From: Candidatus Margulisiibacteriota bacterium
GTDB taxonomy: Bacteria; Margulisbacteria; WOR-1; O2-12-FULL-45-9; XYB2-FULL-48-7
DNA: 64,000 bases
NCBI GenBank assembly: GCA_025453605.1
Contig: JALOPZ010000002.1
Location: 132,631 to 196,630, forward strand
Direction of reading: 5' to 3'
The first letter of the stretch is position 1. Each line of letters opens with the position of its first letter. Position numbers and translations under genes: made by a program. This document shows positions 35,059 to 44,049 of the stretch, piece by piece. Below the pieces are notes generated by a model. That model was not told the origin of the DNA. It did not search any database and worked only from the letters and a program-made list of their open reading frames with translations.

Positions 35059-37077
35059 TTGATCGAAAGGGGTAATTCAATGTTGGGTTATATTTCCTGG
35101 TCCCTGCTCGCTGGGCTTCTTGGTGTTCTGTTCGCGGTTTATCTGTTCCGGAAGATCATGCAGGTCCCGGCCGGTACGGAGAAAATGAAGGAGATCGCCG
35201 GGCTGATCAATGAGGGGGCGATGGCGTACCTTAACCGGCAATACCGGGTCGTTTTGCTCTTTATTCTCTTCATCTTTTTAGTCCTGACCTTCCTGATCAA
35301 CATCTATGTGGCGCTGGCCTATGTTTTTGGCGGCCTTTGTTCGATGCTGGCCGGTTATATTGGGATGAACGCCGCTACCCGGGCGAATGTCCGGACCGCC
35401 AACGCGGCAGCCGGCAAGGACCAGGCCAAAGCGCTCGGCGTGGCTTTTTCCGGCGGGGCGATCATGGGGATGGCGGTCGCTTCGATCGGTGTTCTCGGTT
35501 TAGGCCTGATCTTTTTCCTGGTCAAAGGAGTGGCGCTTAAGGCGGCGGTGGTCGGCGGTTACTCGATGGGGGCTTCCTCGATCGCGTTGTTTGCCCGGGT
35601 CGGCGGCGGTATTTACACCAAATCGGCCGATGTCGGCGCCGATCTGGTCGGTAAGATCGAAGCGGGTATTCCGGAAGACGATCCGCGCAATCCGGCGGTC
35701 ATTGCCGACAATGTCGGCGACAACGTCGGAGATGTAGCCGGGATGGGGGCCGACCTCTTCGAATCGTATGTCGGGGCGGTCGTCGCGACTGTGGCCCTCG
35801 GCGCCTTGATGCTCAGCGCTCCGTTCCAGTGGATGATCCTGCCGATCCTCTTGATCGCCGCCGGCACGGTCGCTTCGATCGTCGGCGTGCTGTTCATTCA
35901 AGTGGTGCAGGGGATCAATCCGCAGGCGGCGCTCCGCTACGCGACCTATGTCGCGCAGGGGCTGTTCATTATCGCTGCTTTTCTCCTGACTAAAATGGTT
36001 ATCGGTAATATCAGTGTCTTCTGGGCGATCCTCTCCGGCATTTTGGCCGGGATGGCGATCGGGATCATTTCCGAGTTCTTTACGTCAGGAAAGATCTTAA
36101 AAGAGATCGCCGAGGCGTGCAAAACCGGCCCGGCGACCAATATCATCGCCGGTCTGGCGATCGGGATGAAGAGCACGATCTTCCCGATCCTCTCGATCTG
36201 CGCGGCGATCTGGGTCTCTTACCAGTTCGGCGGGCTTTACGGTATCGCTATTTCCGCGGTCGGCATGCTTGGCACGACCGGGATCATCATGGCGGTCGAC
36301 GCCTACGGGCCGATCGCCGATAATGCCGGCGGGATCGCGACGATGTCCGGCCTGCCGGGCGAGGTGCGCCAGATCACCGATACGCTCGATTCGCTCGGTA
36401 ATACGACGGCCGCGATCGGCAAGGGCTTTGCCATCGGTTCGGCCGCTTTAACCGCCTTGGCCCTGTTCGTTGCCTATACCCAGGCGGTCGGCATCAAATC
36501 GATCGATATTTTAAAAGCCGATGTGGTGATCGGGCTCTTTATCGGCGGGCTGATCCCCTTTGCCTACGTCTCAATGACGATGCAGGCGGTCGGCCGAGCG
36601 GCCTTCAAGATGGTGGAAGAGGTCCGGCGCCAGTTCCGGGAGATCAAAGGTTTGATGGAGGGGAAGGCTAAACCGGAGATCAAAAAATGTGTTGATATCG
36701 CGACCAGCGCGGCGCTGCACGAGATGGTCGTCCCCGGTATTTCCGCCGTTGTTATCCCGGTCGTGGTCGGGGTCGTGCTGGGCGGTGAAGCGCTCGGCGG
36801 CTTGCTGGCCGGGTCCCTCTGTGTTGGCGTGCCGATGGCGATCATGCTGGCCAACGCCGGCGCGGTTTGGGATAACGGTAAAAAGCTGATCGAAGAGGGT
36901 TACGCGGGCGGGAAGGGGACGCCGGTCCATGCCGCCGCGGTCGTTGGCGACACTGTCGGCGATCCGTTCAAGGATACCAGCGGTCCGGCAATGAACATCC
37001 TCCTGAAACTGATGTCGATCGTTTCCCTGGTCCTGGGCCCGGCGATCGTCCAGTTCCATCACATTCTGTTCAAGTAA
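35059..37077 (+). CDS. hppA: Membrane-bound proton/sodium-translocating pyrophosphatase
   Basis: Conserved motifs [37 protein letters not shown] and [21 protein letters not shown]. An alternative start lies at 35080. Confidence 0.9.
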   Translation: MIERGNSMLGYISWSLLAGLLGVLFAVYLFRKIMQVPAGTEKMKEIAGLINEGAMAYLNRQYRVVLLFILFIFLVLTFLINIYVALAYVFGGLCSMLAGYIGMNAATRANVRTANAAAGKDQAKALGVAFSGGAIMGMAVASIGVLGLGLIFFLVKGVALKAAVVGGYSMGASSIALFARVGGGIYTKSADVGADLVGKIEAGIPEDDPRNPAVIADNVGDNVGDVAGMGADLFESYVGAVVATVALGALMLSAPFQWMILPILLIAAGTVASIVGVLFIQVVQGINPQAALRYATYVAQGLFIIAAFLLTKMVIGNISVFWAILSGILAGMAIGIISEFFTSGKILKEIAEACKTGPATNIIAGLAIGMKSTIFPILSICAAIWVSYQFGGLYGIAISAVGMLGTTGIIMAVDAYGPIADNAGGIATMSGLPGEVRQITDTLDSLGNTTAAIGKGFAIGSAALTALALFVAYTQAVGIKSIDILKADVVIGLFIGGLIPFAYVSMTMQAVGRAAFKMVEEVRRQFREIKGLMEGKAKPEIKKCVDIATSAALHEMVVPGISAVVIPVVVGVVLGGEALGGLLAGSLCVGVPMAIMLANAGAVWDNGKKLIEEGYAGGKGTPVHAAAVVGDTVGDPFKDTSGPAMNILLKLMSIVSLVLGPAIVQFHHILFK

Positions 37078-37097
37078 TAAGCGGTAAGCATTAAGTG

Positions 37098-37129
37098 AAA
37101 AGGGGAGCCTACGCGGCTCCCCTTTTTTA
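37098..37129 (+). terminator. Rho-independent terminator of hppA
   Basis: AGGGGAGCC-TACGC-GGCTCCCCT hairpin followed by TTTTTT. Confidence 0.65.
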
Positions 37130-37204
37130 TGTTATTATTAAGACGACTGTTTTGCGCCTATAGCCCCTCGACTGAGCTCGGGGCTATAGAGTCGCACGGA
37201 GCTT

Positions 37205-37278
37205 GCGCCTATAGCTCAGCTGGATAGAGTACTTCCCTGCGAAGGAAGGGGTCGGGCGTTCGAATCGCCCTAGGCGCA
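37205..37278 (+). tRNA. tRNA-Arg (anticodon read as GCG)
   Basis: Cloverleaf by hand: acceptor GCGCCTA/TAGGCGC; D-arm GCTC-AGCTGGATA-GAGT; anticodon arm CTTCC-CTGCGAA-GGAAG; T-arm GGGCG-TTCGAAT-CGCCC. Confidence 0.65.
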
Positions 37279-37283
37279 TTTTT

Positions 37284-37370
37284 GGAGAGGTGTCCGAGTG
37301 GTTGAAGGAACACGCCTGGAAAGCGTGTTTACGGGAAACCGTAACGAGAGTTCGAATCTCTCCCTCTCCG
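37284..37370 (+). tRNA. tRNA-Ser (GGA), long variable arm
   Basis: Acceptor GGAGAGG/CCTCTCC, anticodon loop CTGGAAA, variable arm TTTACGGGAAACCGTAA, T-loop TTCGAAT. Confidence 0.75.
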
Positions 37371-37379
37371 TTCTTTCAT

Positions 37380-37466
37380 GGAGGAGTGGCCGAGTGGTTG
37401 AAGGCGGACGCCTCGAAAGCGTCTTTACCAGCAATGGTAACGGGGGTTCGAATCCTCCCTCCTCCG
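37380..37466 (+). tRNA. tRNA-Ser (CGA), long variable arm
   Basis: Acceptor GGAGGAG/CTCCTCC, anticodon loop CTCGAAA, variable arm, T-loop TTCGAAT. Confidence 0.75.
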
Positions 37467-37467
37467 A

Positions 37468-38358
37468 TTGGCTAATATTATGATCAAGTTCGGGCCAGAA
37501 GGCTGGATCGCCAGGATTTCCGAAGAGTTCACCTTTGAGAACGTTATCAAGGTGGGGCGGGCGATCGCTGTTTATCTTTTAAGCCGCGAGCAGGGTGACA
37601 AACCTTTTCTGGTCAGCTATGACACCCGTTTCCAGGCTGAGCGCTTTGCTTTGGAGATCGTCAAGGTGTTGGAAGCGGCCGGGATCAACGTCCTCCTGAC
37701 CGAACGCGATACCCCGACACCGATCGTCGCCTGGGAGACGGTCGATAAACGGGCGGCCGGCGCGGTTATGGTCACCGCCGGCTCGCACGGCGCTCAGTTT
37801 AGCGGTCTTAAATTTATTAAACCGGGCGGCGCGGTCTGCCTGACCGATTGCGTTCGGGAGATCGAAACTTATCTGTTCCTCGAGCGGTCCGGCAGCGGCG
37901 GCGTGAACCTACCCCACGATAAACTGCTCAGATATCAGGCGGCTGCCAGTCAGATCGGGCGAGTGGCCAGAGGAAAAGTCGAGCGTTTTGAGCCGCGGGA
38001 ACGTTATTTTGGTTACCTCTCTGCCCAGGTCAGCCAGGCGCGGAGCAGGCCGTTGATCGTAGTTGATCCGCAGTTCGGGTCTGCCCGCGGTTATGTCGAT
38101 CTTTTTCTGCAGCGCCTTGGCTGCCGGGTGGAGGAGCGGCACGGCCACCGTGATGTTCTCTTCGGCGGGCGAGAACCGGGTCTGACGGAACAACATCTGG
38201 CCGAGCTCAAAGCGAAGGTCCTGGAGCGGAAAGCCGACTGTGGCTTAGCCTTTAACAGCGACGCGAGCGCCTACGCGCTGATCGACCGCTCGGGCGGTTT
38301 TCACGCCGGAGCGGAGGCGGTGGATCCGATCCTGGCCGCGCTCCGTGCTATAATGTAG
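37468..38358 (+). CDS. Short phosphoglucomutase/phosphomannomutase-like protein (domains I-II only, variant active-site loop)
   Basis: KFGPEGWIARI resembles the FGTDGIRG N-terminal motif. VMVTAGSHGAQFSGLK resembles the TASHNPxxxNGxK phosphoserine loop. Only 296 aa. Confidence 0.4.
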   Translation: MANIMIKFGPEGWIARISEEFTFENVIKVGRAIAVYLLSREQGDKPFLVSYDTRFQAERFALEIVKVLEAAGINVLLTERDTPTPIVAWETVDKRAAGAVMVTAGSHGAQFSGLKFIKPGGAVCLTDCVREIETYLFLERSGSGGVNLPHDKLLRYQAAASQIGRVARGKVERFEPRERYFGYLSAQVSQARSRPLIVVDPQFGSARGYVDLFLQRLGCRVEERHGHRDVLFGGREPGLTEQHLAELKAKVLERKADCGLAFNSDASAYALIDRSGGFHAGAEAVDPILAALRAIM

Positions 38359-38367
38359 TAACGGGAG

Positions 38368-38928
38368 ATGATCACAATGGCAAAAAAACTTAAGGCTGAT
38401 CCTAACGTTAAGGTAGTGATGGATGAAGTGGAGATGAACCGGGTCCTGCGCCGGATCGCCCACCAGATCATTGAGACCAATAAAGGGATCGAGGGCTTAT
38501 TGCTGGTCGGCGTGATGCAGCGGGGCGTGCCGCTGGCCAAGCGGTTGGCCGAGATGATCGAGCAGCAGGAAGGGAAAAGGGTCCCGGTCGGTAAACTGGA
38601 TGTTTCTCTTTACCGCGACGATCTCAACAGCAAGGGGAAGTATGTCGAGGTCCGCAAATCGGATATTCCGTTCAAGATCGACGGCAAGGTCGTGGTCCTG
38701 GTCGACGACGTTATTTTTGCCGGCCGGACGACTCGCGCGGCGCTTGACGGCCTTAAAGATTACGGCCGGGCCGCCAAAGTCCAGTTAGCCTGTCTGGTCG
38801 ACCGCGGCCACCGCGAATTGCCGATCCACCCCGATTTTACCGGTAAGGTCCTGCCGACCGCCAAAAAGGAAGAGGTCCGGGTCGAAGTGATGGAGATCGA
38901 CGGGCTTGACCGGGTCGTCATCAAGTAG
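38368..38928 (+). CDS. pyrR: Pyrimidine operon regulator / uracil phosphoribosyltransferase PyrR
   Basis: PRTase motif VVLVDDVIFAGRTTRAALDGL, ~180 aa. Confidence 0.85.
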   Translation: MITMAKKLKADPNVKVVMDEVEMNRVLRRIAHQIIETNKGIEGLLLVGVMQRGVPLAKRLAEMIEQQEGKRVPVGKLDVSLYRDDLNSKGKYVEVRKSDIPFKIDGKVVVLVDDVIFAGRTTRAALDGLKDYGRAAKVQLACLVDRGHRELPIHPDFTGKVLPTAKKEEVRVEVMEIDGLDRVVIK

Positions 38929-38939
38929 TTCATTCCGGG

Positions 38940-39767
38940 CTATCTTAGGAAGATCGTAAACTGATTTGGCCTGGGATTGACTGCCGCTTGGCGGGAGGAG
39001 AGTGCGGCCTGTTCGTGTTCCCGCAATTTTACCGCGTAATCCTGTTGGGTCCCGACCAGTGGATGGAGTTGCTGCGCCAGCAGCTGACGACCGATCAGAT
39101 CGATCTCCACATAACGGGTGCGGCTGGACTGCTTTAGGGCCGGCACAAAGCTTCCTGCCGTTTCACTCCCCAGCAAATCGTTGTGCCGCAGGCCGCTGTA
39201 ACTGGCGACTTTTTGACCATCGGCCAATATCCTGCCGATCGCTTTGGCCAGGCTTTGCCCGAATAGCTTGACGTTCCTGGGCCAGGGCTTGTTTACTTTT
39301 AATTCTGCCTGGTTCTCCGGTTGATAATATTCCTGGCTGGTCGGTCCCCCGGGATGGATAGTGATCCCTAGGCGGCGGCAGGTCGCCAGCAGTTCCCGGA
39401 AACCGCGATGCTCCGGCATGGCCGCGTAGGCGAACAGGCGGGGCGCCTGTTTTTGGTCGAGCGTGATGCGGGCTTCGCGGTAAGCGGCCAGCTCGTGCCT
39501 GACTTCCTGGTCGCTGAGCAGGAACTCCAGGACCAGGTGGCGGAAACCGCGCCGCCGCAACAGGGGGACAACTTCCCTGGTGAATTGTTCCAGGGTGGAG
39601 CGATCAGCCTTGCCGTCGTGATGGATCTCGCCAAAACCGACGACTGTCGGCGCGGTCCGGGAGAGGATCTTACTGACCAGGCAGCCAAGAGTGTTGGCCT
39701 GGCTGGCGATACAAGGTTGATCGGCGGTCGGCACCCCTGGAGACAGTTGAGCGGAACTGGTGATCAT
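38940..39767 (-). CDS. Hypothetical protein, possibly ChaN/Tiki-superfamily
   Basis: VVGFGEIHHDGKADR resembles the GExHDNxxxH N-terminal motif of ChaN-like proteins. Weak. Confidence 0.35.
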   Translation of the reverse strand: MITSSAQLSPGVPTADQPCIASQANTLGCLVSKILSRTAPTVVGFGEIHHDGKADRSTLEQFTREVVPLLRRRGFRHLVLEFLLSDQEVRHELAAYREARITLDQKQAPRLFAYAAMPEHRGFRELLATCRRLGITIHPGGPTSQEYYQPENQAELKVNKPWPRNVKLFGQSLAKAIGRILADGQKVASYSGLRHNDLLGSETAGSFVPALKQSSRTRYVEIDLIGRQLLAQQLHPLVGTQQDYAVKLREHEQAALSSRQAAVNPRPNQFTIFLR

Positions 39768-39893
39768 TGTCCCTCCTGCAGCTTGATAAACCGGTCAATT
39801 AATTATCCGGTCCTGCGGGGGGGAATTTCAGTAAAAAAAGCCCCCTTCCGGAGAAGGGGGCTGCTGGTCCTGGTTCAGGGACGAGTGCGCTGG

Positions 39894-40547
39894 TTAGTAC
39901 AGTTCGGGGAAATTCTCTTTCATTGACTGGCCGATCTGATCGAGATATTTATCCACCGTTCTATCCAATTCCTTGAGGAGTTTCTCTCTCTCAGTCGGCT
40001 TAGCCGGTTGCGACGGGGTCGCCGTGGCATTAGTGACCGGTTCCTCTTTTGTCCCGAGATCTATCTTTCCGCCAGTGTCCCCGGCCAGCTTGGCATAGGC
40101 ACCATCTAGCTCCGGGGTCGGTAAGGGCGATCTAAGGTCGGCCAATTTAACAGCCGGGCCGTCTTTGGTCAATTTGGCTAACGCGTTTTCGGCCGCCGCC
40201 GCACCATCATTCAGTTCTTGCCGTTCGCCGGTCCGGATATTAGCGGCGGTCTCTTCCGCAACGGCTAAGCTACTGTGAACGAAAGCATCTACCGGCAAGC
40301 CGGGCGTCATCTCCGGCCAGGCTTGGGCGAGTGAGCCGCCCAGCGCGTCTTTCATCGCGCCGACCAAATCATTGATCTCCTTTAGTGTGCTGGCTTTGTC
40401 GTTTTTTGGCGCCTGCTGTTCTGTCTGACCGGCAGTTTTTCTGTTCGTTTTGGGCTTTTGGGCAGTGACCTTTAACGGGGCAAAATTCATCTCAACCATT
40501 TGTCTGTACCTCCTGCGTATTTCGGGTATCTCAATTTTCCTTGACAT
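39894..40547 (-). CDS. Hypothetical Ala/Lys-rich protein
   Basis: ORF with low-complexity composition. No motif. Confidence 0.4.
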   Translation of the reverse strand: MSRKIEIPEIRRRYRQMVEMNFAPLKVTAQKPKTNRKTAGQTEQQAPKNDKASTLKEINDLVGAMKDALGGSLAQAWPEMTPGLPVDAFVHSSLAVAEETAANIRTGERQELNDGAAAAENALAKLTKDGPAVKLADLRSPLPTPELDGAYAKLAGDTGGKIDLGTKEEPVTNATATPSQPAKPTEREKLLKELDRTVDKYLDQIGQSMKENFPELY

Positions 40548-40583
40548 TTTACTATCGGAACGGTGGCTGTATAACTTGCATTA

Positions 40584-43511
40584 ATGTGTAGTATAATCTG
40601 CTCTATGGAAAGCGGGGAGTTGTTAGCTGGGCTGAATAGTCAGCAAAAGCTTGCTGTTATGCAAAAAAACGGCCCTTTGCTGGTCATCGCCGGCGCCGGG
40701 ACAGGGAAAACTTCGGTGATCACCCGCCGGATCGCCTGGCTGGTTGCGCAGAAAATCGCAAAACCATGCGAAATATTAGCGCTAACCTTTACCGATAAAG
40801 CGGCCGATGAGATGGAGGCGCGAGTCGATCTCCTGCTCCCCTACGGCTATATAGATGTGGCAATTGCCACGTTCCACGCTTTTGGCGACCGGGTCCTGCG
40901 CGACCACGCGCTGGAGCTTGGCTTGCGGCCTGATTACAAAGTTCTCTCCCAAGCCGACCAGCAGATCTTTTTCCGCGAGCATCTGTTTGAGTTCCCGCTC
41001 AAGCGCTACAAGTCCCTGGGCGATCCGACCAAGCATGTCCAGGCGCTGCTGGGGGTGATCTCCCGGGCCCGGGACGAGGATGTTAGTCCGGAGAAATACC
41101 TGGTCTGGGCGAAGAAACAGACCGGCGACCCGCAACAGCTCGAGATCGCCAGGGTTTACAAGAAATATCAGGCGCTGAAAATTAAGCACGGTCTGATCGA
41201 TTTTGGCGATCAGGTCGCTTACGCGCTCCAGCTCAGCCGGCAGAATAAGGGAGTATTGCGGGAGCTGCAAAAACGTTACAAGTATATTTTGGTCGACGAA
41301 TTCCAGGACACCAATTATGCCCAGTTCGCTTTGTTGAAATTGCTGGCCGGAAAACAGGCGAACATCACCGTGGTCGGGGACGACGACCAGTCGATCTATA
41401 AATTCCGCGGCGCGGCGATCTCCAATATCCTCGGCTTTGAAAAAACATATCCGCGCTGCCGAAAAGTCGTTCTGACGCAGAACTATCGTTCCACTCAGTT
41501 GATCCTTGATACCGCCCACCGGTTGATCAGGCACAACGATCCGGAACGGCTGGAGATCAAAGCGAAGATCGATAAACAGCTGGTCGCGGCCAGCGGTGAG
41601 GTTGGCCGGCGGGTGGAGCAGCAGCATTTTGACCGGGTGACTTCCGAAGCGGATTGGGTCGCGAGGCTGATCAAGGTGAAGGTCGAGGCGAAAGAATATC
41701 GCTATCAGGACTTTGCCATCTTGGTCCGCGCCAATGCCGATGCCGAACCGTTCCGGCAGGCGCTGAACCTGCTACAGATACCGCACCAGTTTTCGGGGGG
41801 TGGGGGATTGTATGGATTGCCGGAGATCAAGCTGGTCGTCTCTTTTCTCCGCTCGCTTGGCGACCTGACCGATTCGGCCGCCCTTTTCAGCCTGGCGTTG
41901 ACCGAACCTTACGGCCTGCAGGCGCTGGAGCTCCAGAAGATCAGCGCTTATGCCAACCGGCGCAATCTGACCCTTCATCACGTCTTTGCCCACCTTGACG
42001 AGTTCGATATCCTGGCGGACATCAAACCGGAGAGCAGAGCGACGGTCAGGCAGATCATGAGCGATATCGCCTATTACCTGGAATTTGCCAAAAGCCGGAC
42101 GACCGGCGAGGTCCTCTATCAGTTCTTGAAAAAAAGCGGTTACCTGGCCGGTTTGACCGCCGCCCAAACCCCCGATAATGAGCGCCGGATCAGGAATATC
42201 GCCCGTTTCTTCGAGCGGGCCAGGGAGTTTAATCAGCTGGCGCAGAACGACCGGGTCGCCGAGTTCGTTAAATATCTCGACTTGCTCAAGGAGGCCGGCG
42301 ACGACCCGGAGTCGGCTCAGCCCGATTTTGATGCCGAGGCGGTCAATGTCATGACCATTCATAAGGCCAAGGGGCTGGAGTTTCCGGTCGTTTTTTTGGT
42401 CGCCCTGGTCAACGAAAAGTTCCCGGTCCGCAGCCGCAAAGCGCCGATCGAGCTGCCGCTGGCGCTGGTTAAGGAAGAGGTCCCGGCCGGCGACCAGCAC
42501 TTAAGCGAAGAACGCCGCCTCTTTTACGTCGGCCTGACCAGAGCAAAGCAGGAGCTTTACCTGACCTCGGCGGTCGATTACGGCGGCAAGAGAGACCGCA
42601 AAATTTCTCAATTCGTCCTGGAGGCGCTTGACCTTCCCAAAGTTGACCGGAAACTGCTGAAAAAGCCGGCGCTCGACCAGATCGAGCTGTTCGCGCCGGC
42701 CGAGCCGGCCATTCCGGCTGAACGGCCGCGGTCGGCCGCCGAGATCATTGCGCTGTCGCCTTACCAGATCGAAGATTATCTGACCTGTCCGCTTAAGTAT
42801 AAATATGTCCACCTGCTCCGGGTACCGCTCTTGCCGAACCAGGCGATCATTTACGGTAAAGCGCTCCATCAGGCGGTCCAGGCGTACTTCACCGCGAAAA
42901 AGGGCCGGCGCCGGTTCACCCTCAAGAACTTGCTCGAGACGTTCGCCCATCACTGGTCGCCGGAAGGCTTTATCTCCCGCGCGCACGAGGAGCAGCGCTT
43001 CGCGGCCGGCCAAGCAGCCCTGCGCCGCTTTTATCGGACAGAAAAGAGCCGGGGCCGGCAGCCGCTCTACATCGAACACGAGTTTACCCTGCTTGAGCGG
43101 CAGGTCCAGATCAAGGGGCGGATCGACCTGGTCGAAGAGCTAAAAGTAAAAAGCCTGCCTGCCGGACAGGCAGGTAAAAAGTCAAAAGTAATAATCGTTG
43201 ATTTTAAATCGTCGGAAGTCACCGACCAGAAAAAAGCGGACAGCAAGGTGCGGGAGAGTCTGCAGCTCGACATTTACGCGCTCGCCTGGCAGCAGCTGAC
43301 CGGTAAACTGCCGGACGCCCTGGAACTGTATTTTCTCGACTCCGGGCTGGTCGGGTCGCTCGCGCCGAGCGCGCAGGACAGCGTTAAGACCTGGACTAAG
43401 ATCGCCCGGGTAGCCGACGGTATCCGCGTTGGCGACTACCGGGCAACTCCCGATAAACGTAAATGTGGCTACTGCGCCTACAGCGAGATCTGTCCGAGTT
43501 CAGCGGTTTAG
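40584..43511 (+). CDS. UvrD/PcrA-family helicase fused to a C-terminal RecB-like (Cas4-type) nuclease with a Cys cluster
   Basis: Walker A AGAGTGKTSVITRRIAWL, helicase motifs (VDEFQDTN, TIHKAKGLEFPVVF). C-terminal CPLKYKY ... DFKSSEV ... CGYCAYSEICP. Confidence 0.8.
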   Translation: MCSIICSMESGELLAGLNSQQKLAVMQKNGPLLVIAGAGTGKTSVITRRIAWLVAQKIAKPCEILALTFTDKAADEMEARVDLLLPYGYIDVAIATFHAFGDRVLRDHALELGLRPDYKVLSQADQQIFFREHLFEFPLKRYKSLGDPTKHVQALLGVISRARDEDVSPEKYLVWAKKQTGDPQQLEIARVYKKYQALKIKHGLIDFGDQVAYALQLSRQNKGVLRELQKRYKYILVDEFQDTNYAQFALLKLLAGKQANITVVGDDDQSIYKFRGAAISNILGFEKTYPRCRKVVLTQNYRSTQLILDTAHRLIRHNDPERLEIKAKIDKQLVAASGEVGRRVEQQHFDRVTSEADWVARLIKVKVEAKEYRYQDFAILVRANADAEPFRQALNLLQIPHQFSGGGGLYGLPEIKLVVSFLRSLGDLTDSAALFSLALTEPYGLQALELQKISAYANRRNLTLHHVFAHLDEFDILADIKPESRATVRQIMSDIAYYLEFAKSRTTGEVLYQFLKKSGYLAGLTAAQTPDNERRIRNIARFFERAREFNQLAQNDRVAEFVKYLDLLKEAGDDPESAQPDFDAEAVNVMTIHKAKGLEFPVVFLVALVNEKFPVRSRKAPIELPLALVKEEVPAGDQHLSEERRLFYVGLTRAKQELYLTSAVDYGGKRDRKISQFVLEALDLPKVDRKLLKKPALDQIELFAPAEPAIPAERPRSAAEIIALSPYQIEDYLTCPLKYKYVHLLRVPLLPNQAIIYGKALHQAVQAYFTAKKGRRRFTLKNLLETFAHHWSPEGFISRAHEEQRFAAGQAALRRFYRTEKSRGRQPLYIEHEFTLLERQVQIKGRIDLVEELKVKSLPAGQAGKKSKVIIVDFKSSEVTDQKKADSKVRESLQLDIYALAWQQLTGKLPDALELYFLDSGLVGSLAPSAQDSVKTWTKIARVADGIRVGDYRATPDKRKCGYCAYSEICPSSAV

Positions 43512-44010
43512 CTATTTCGCATAAGATATATTCTGTCGAATAGTCTGCGGCGCATGGGGGCTTTGCCCCCACAGCGATTTTGGTTGAACGTTATCCTTTT
43601 CGTTTTCTTTTCTCCCCCACCTACTTTCTTTTTCCAGAAAAGAAAGTAGGCAAAGAAAGCTGGCATAAGGGGTAAACCCCTTATGTATCCCCACGCGCCA
43701 AACTCGGCCGAATAGAGCTTCACTTTGTTCGCTCTATCGGCCTCAAACAGTGGCGCTGATAAGGAAGGGGACGGGAATCCGGAATTGAATAGATGTCAGG
43801 CGATTTCGCTTTACCTTGAAACCCTTGCGGATAACCGCGCTGGTCGGCGCTCCTCGTTTGACTCAGGGAGCGCGCAGCCGCGGAATTGCGAAATCGCTTG
43901 ACCTCTCTTTTGTTACTTTTCTCTGTGTCAAGACAGAGAAAAGTAAGAAGAAAAAAAGGAAATAGAGTTTAATGGAAGTAAGCAGAATATATCTTATCCG
44001 ACATTGAATG

Positions 44011-44019
44011 TGATAGAAT
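44011..44019 (+). promoter_or_regulatory. Extended -10 promoter element (TGATAGAAT) upstream of rmuC
   Basis: Matches the TGnTATAAT pattern, 30 nt upstream of the AGGAGG RBS. Confidence 0.3.
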
Positions 44020-44049
44020 TGCAAAAAAGATCGATCAGGAGGTAATTGG

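Noticed and set aside
37154-37200. The hairpin upstream of tRNA-Arg as a fourth tRNA gene.
   Set aside because: It shares only the first 11 nt with a tRNA. It lacks D-arm, T-arm and acceptor pairing. It is treated as a remnant or spacer hairpin, not a gene.
37290-37483. Two 61-aa plus-strand ORFs overlapping the tRNA-Ser genes.
   Set aside because: They lie entirely within well-folded tRNA cloverleaves. These are read-through frames of tRNA sequence.
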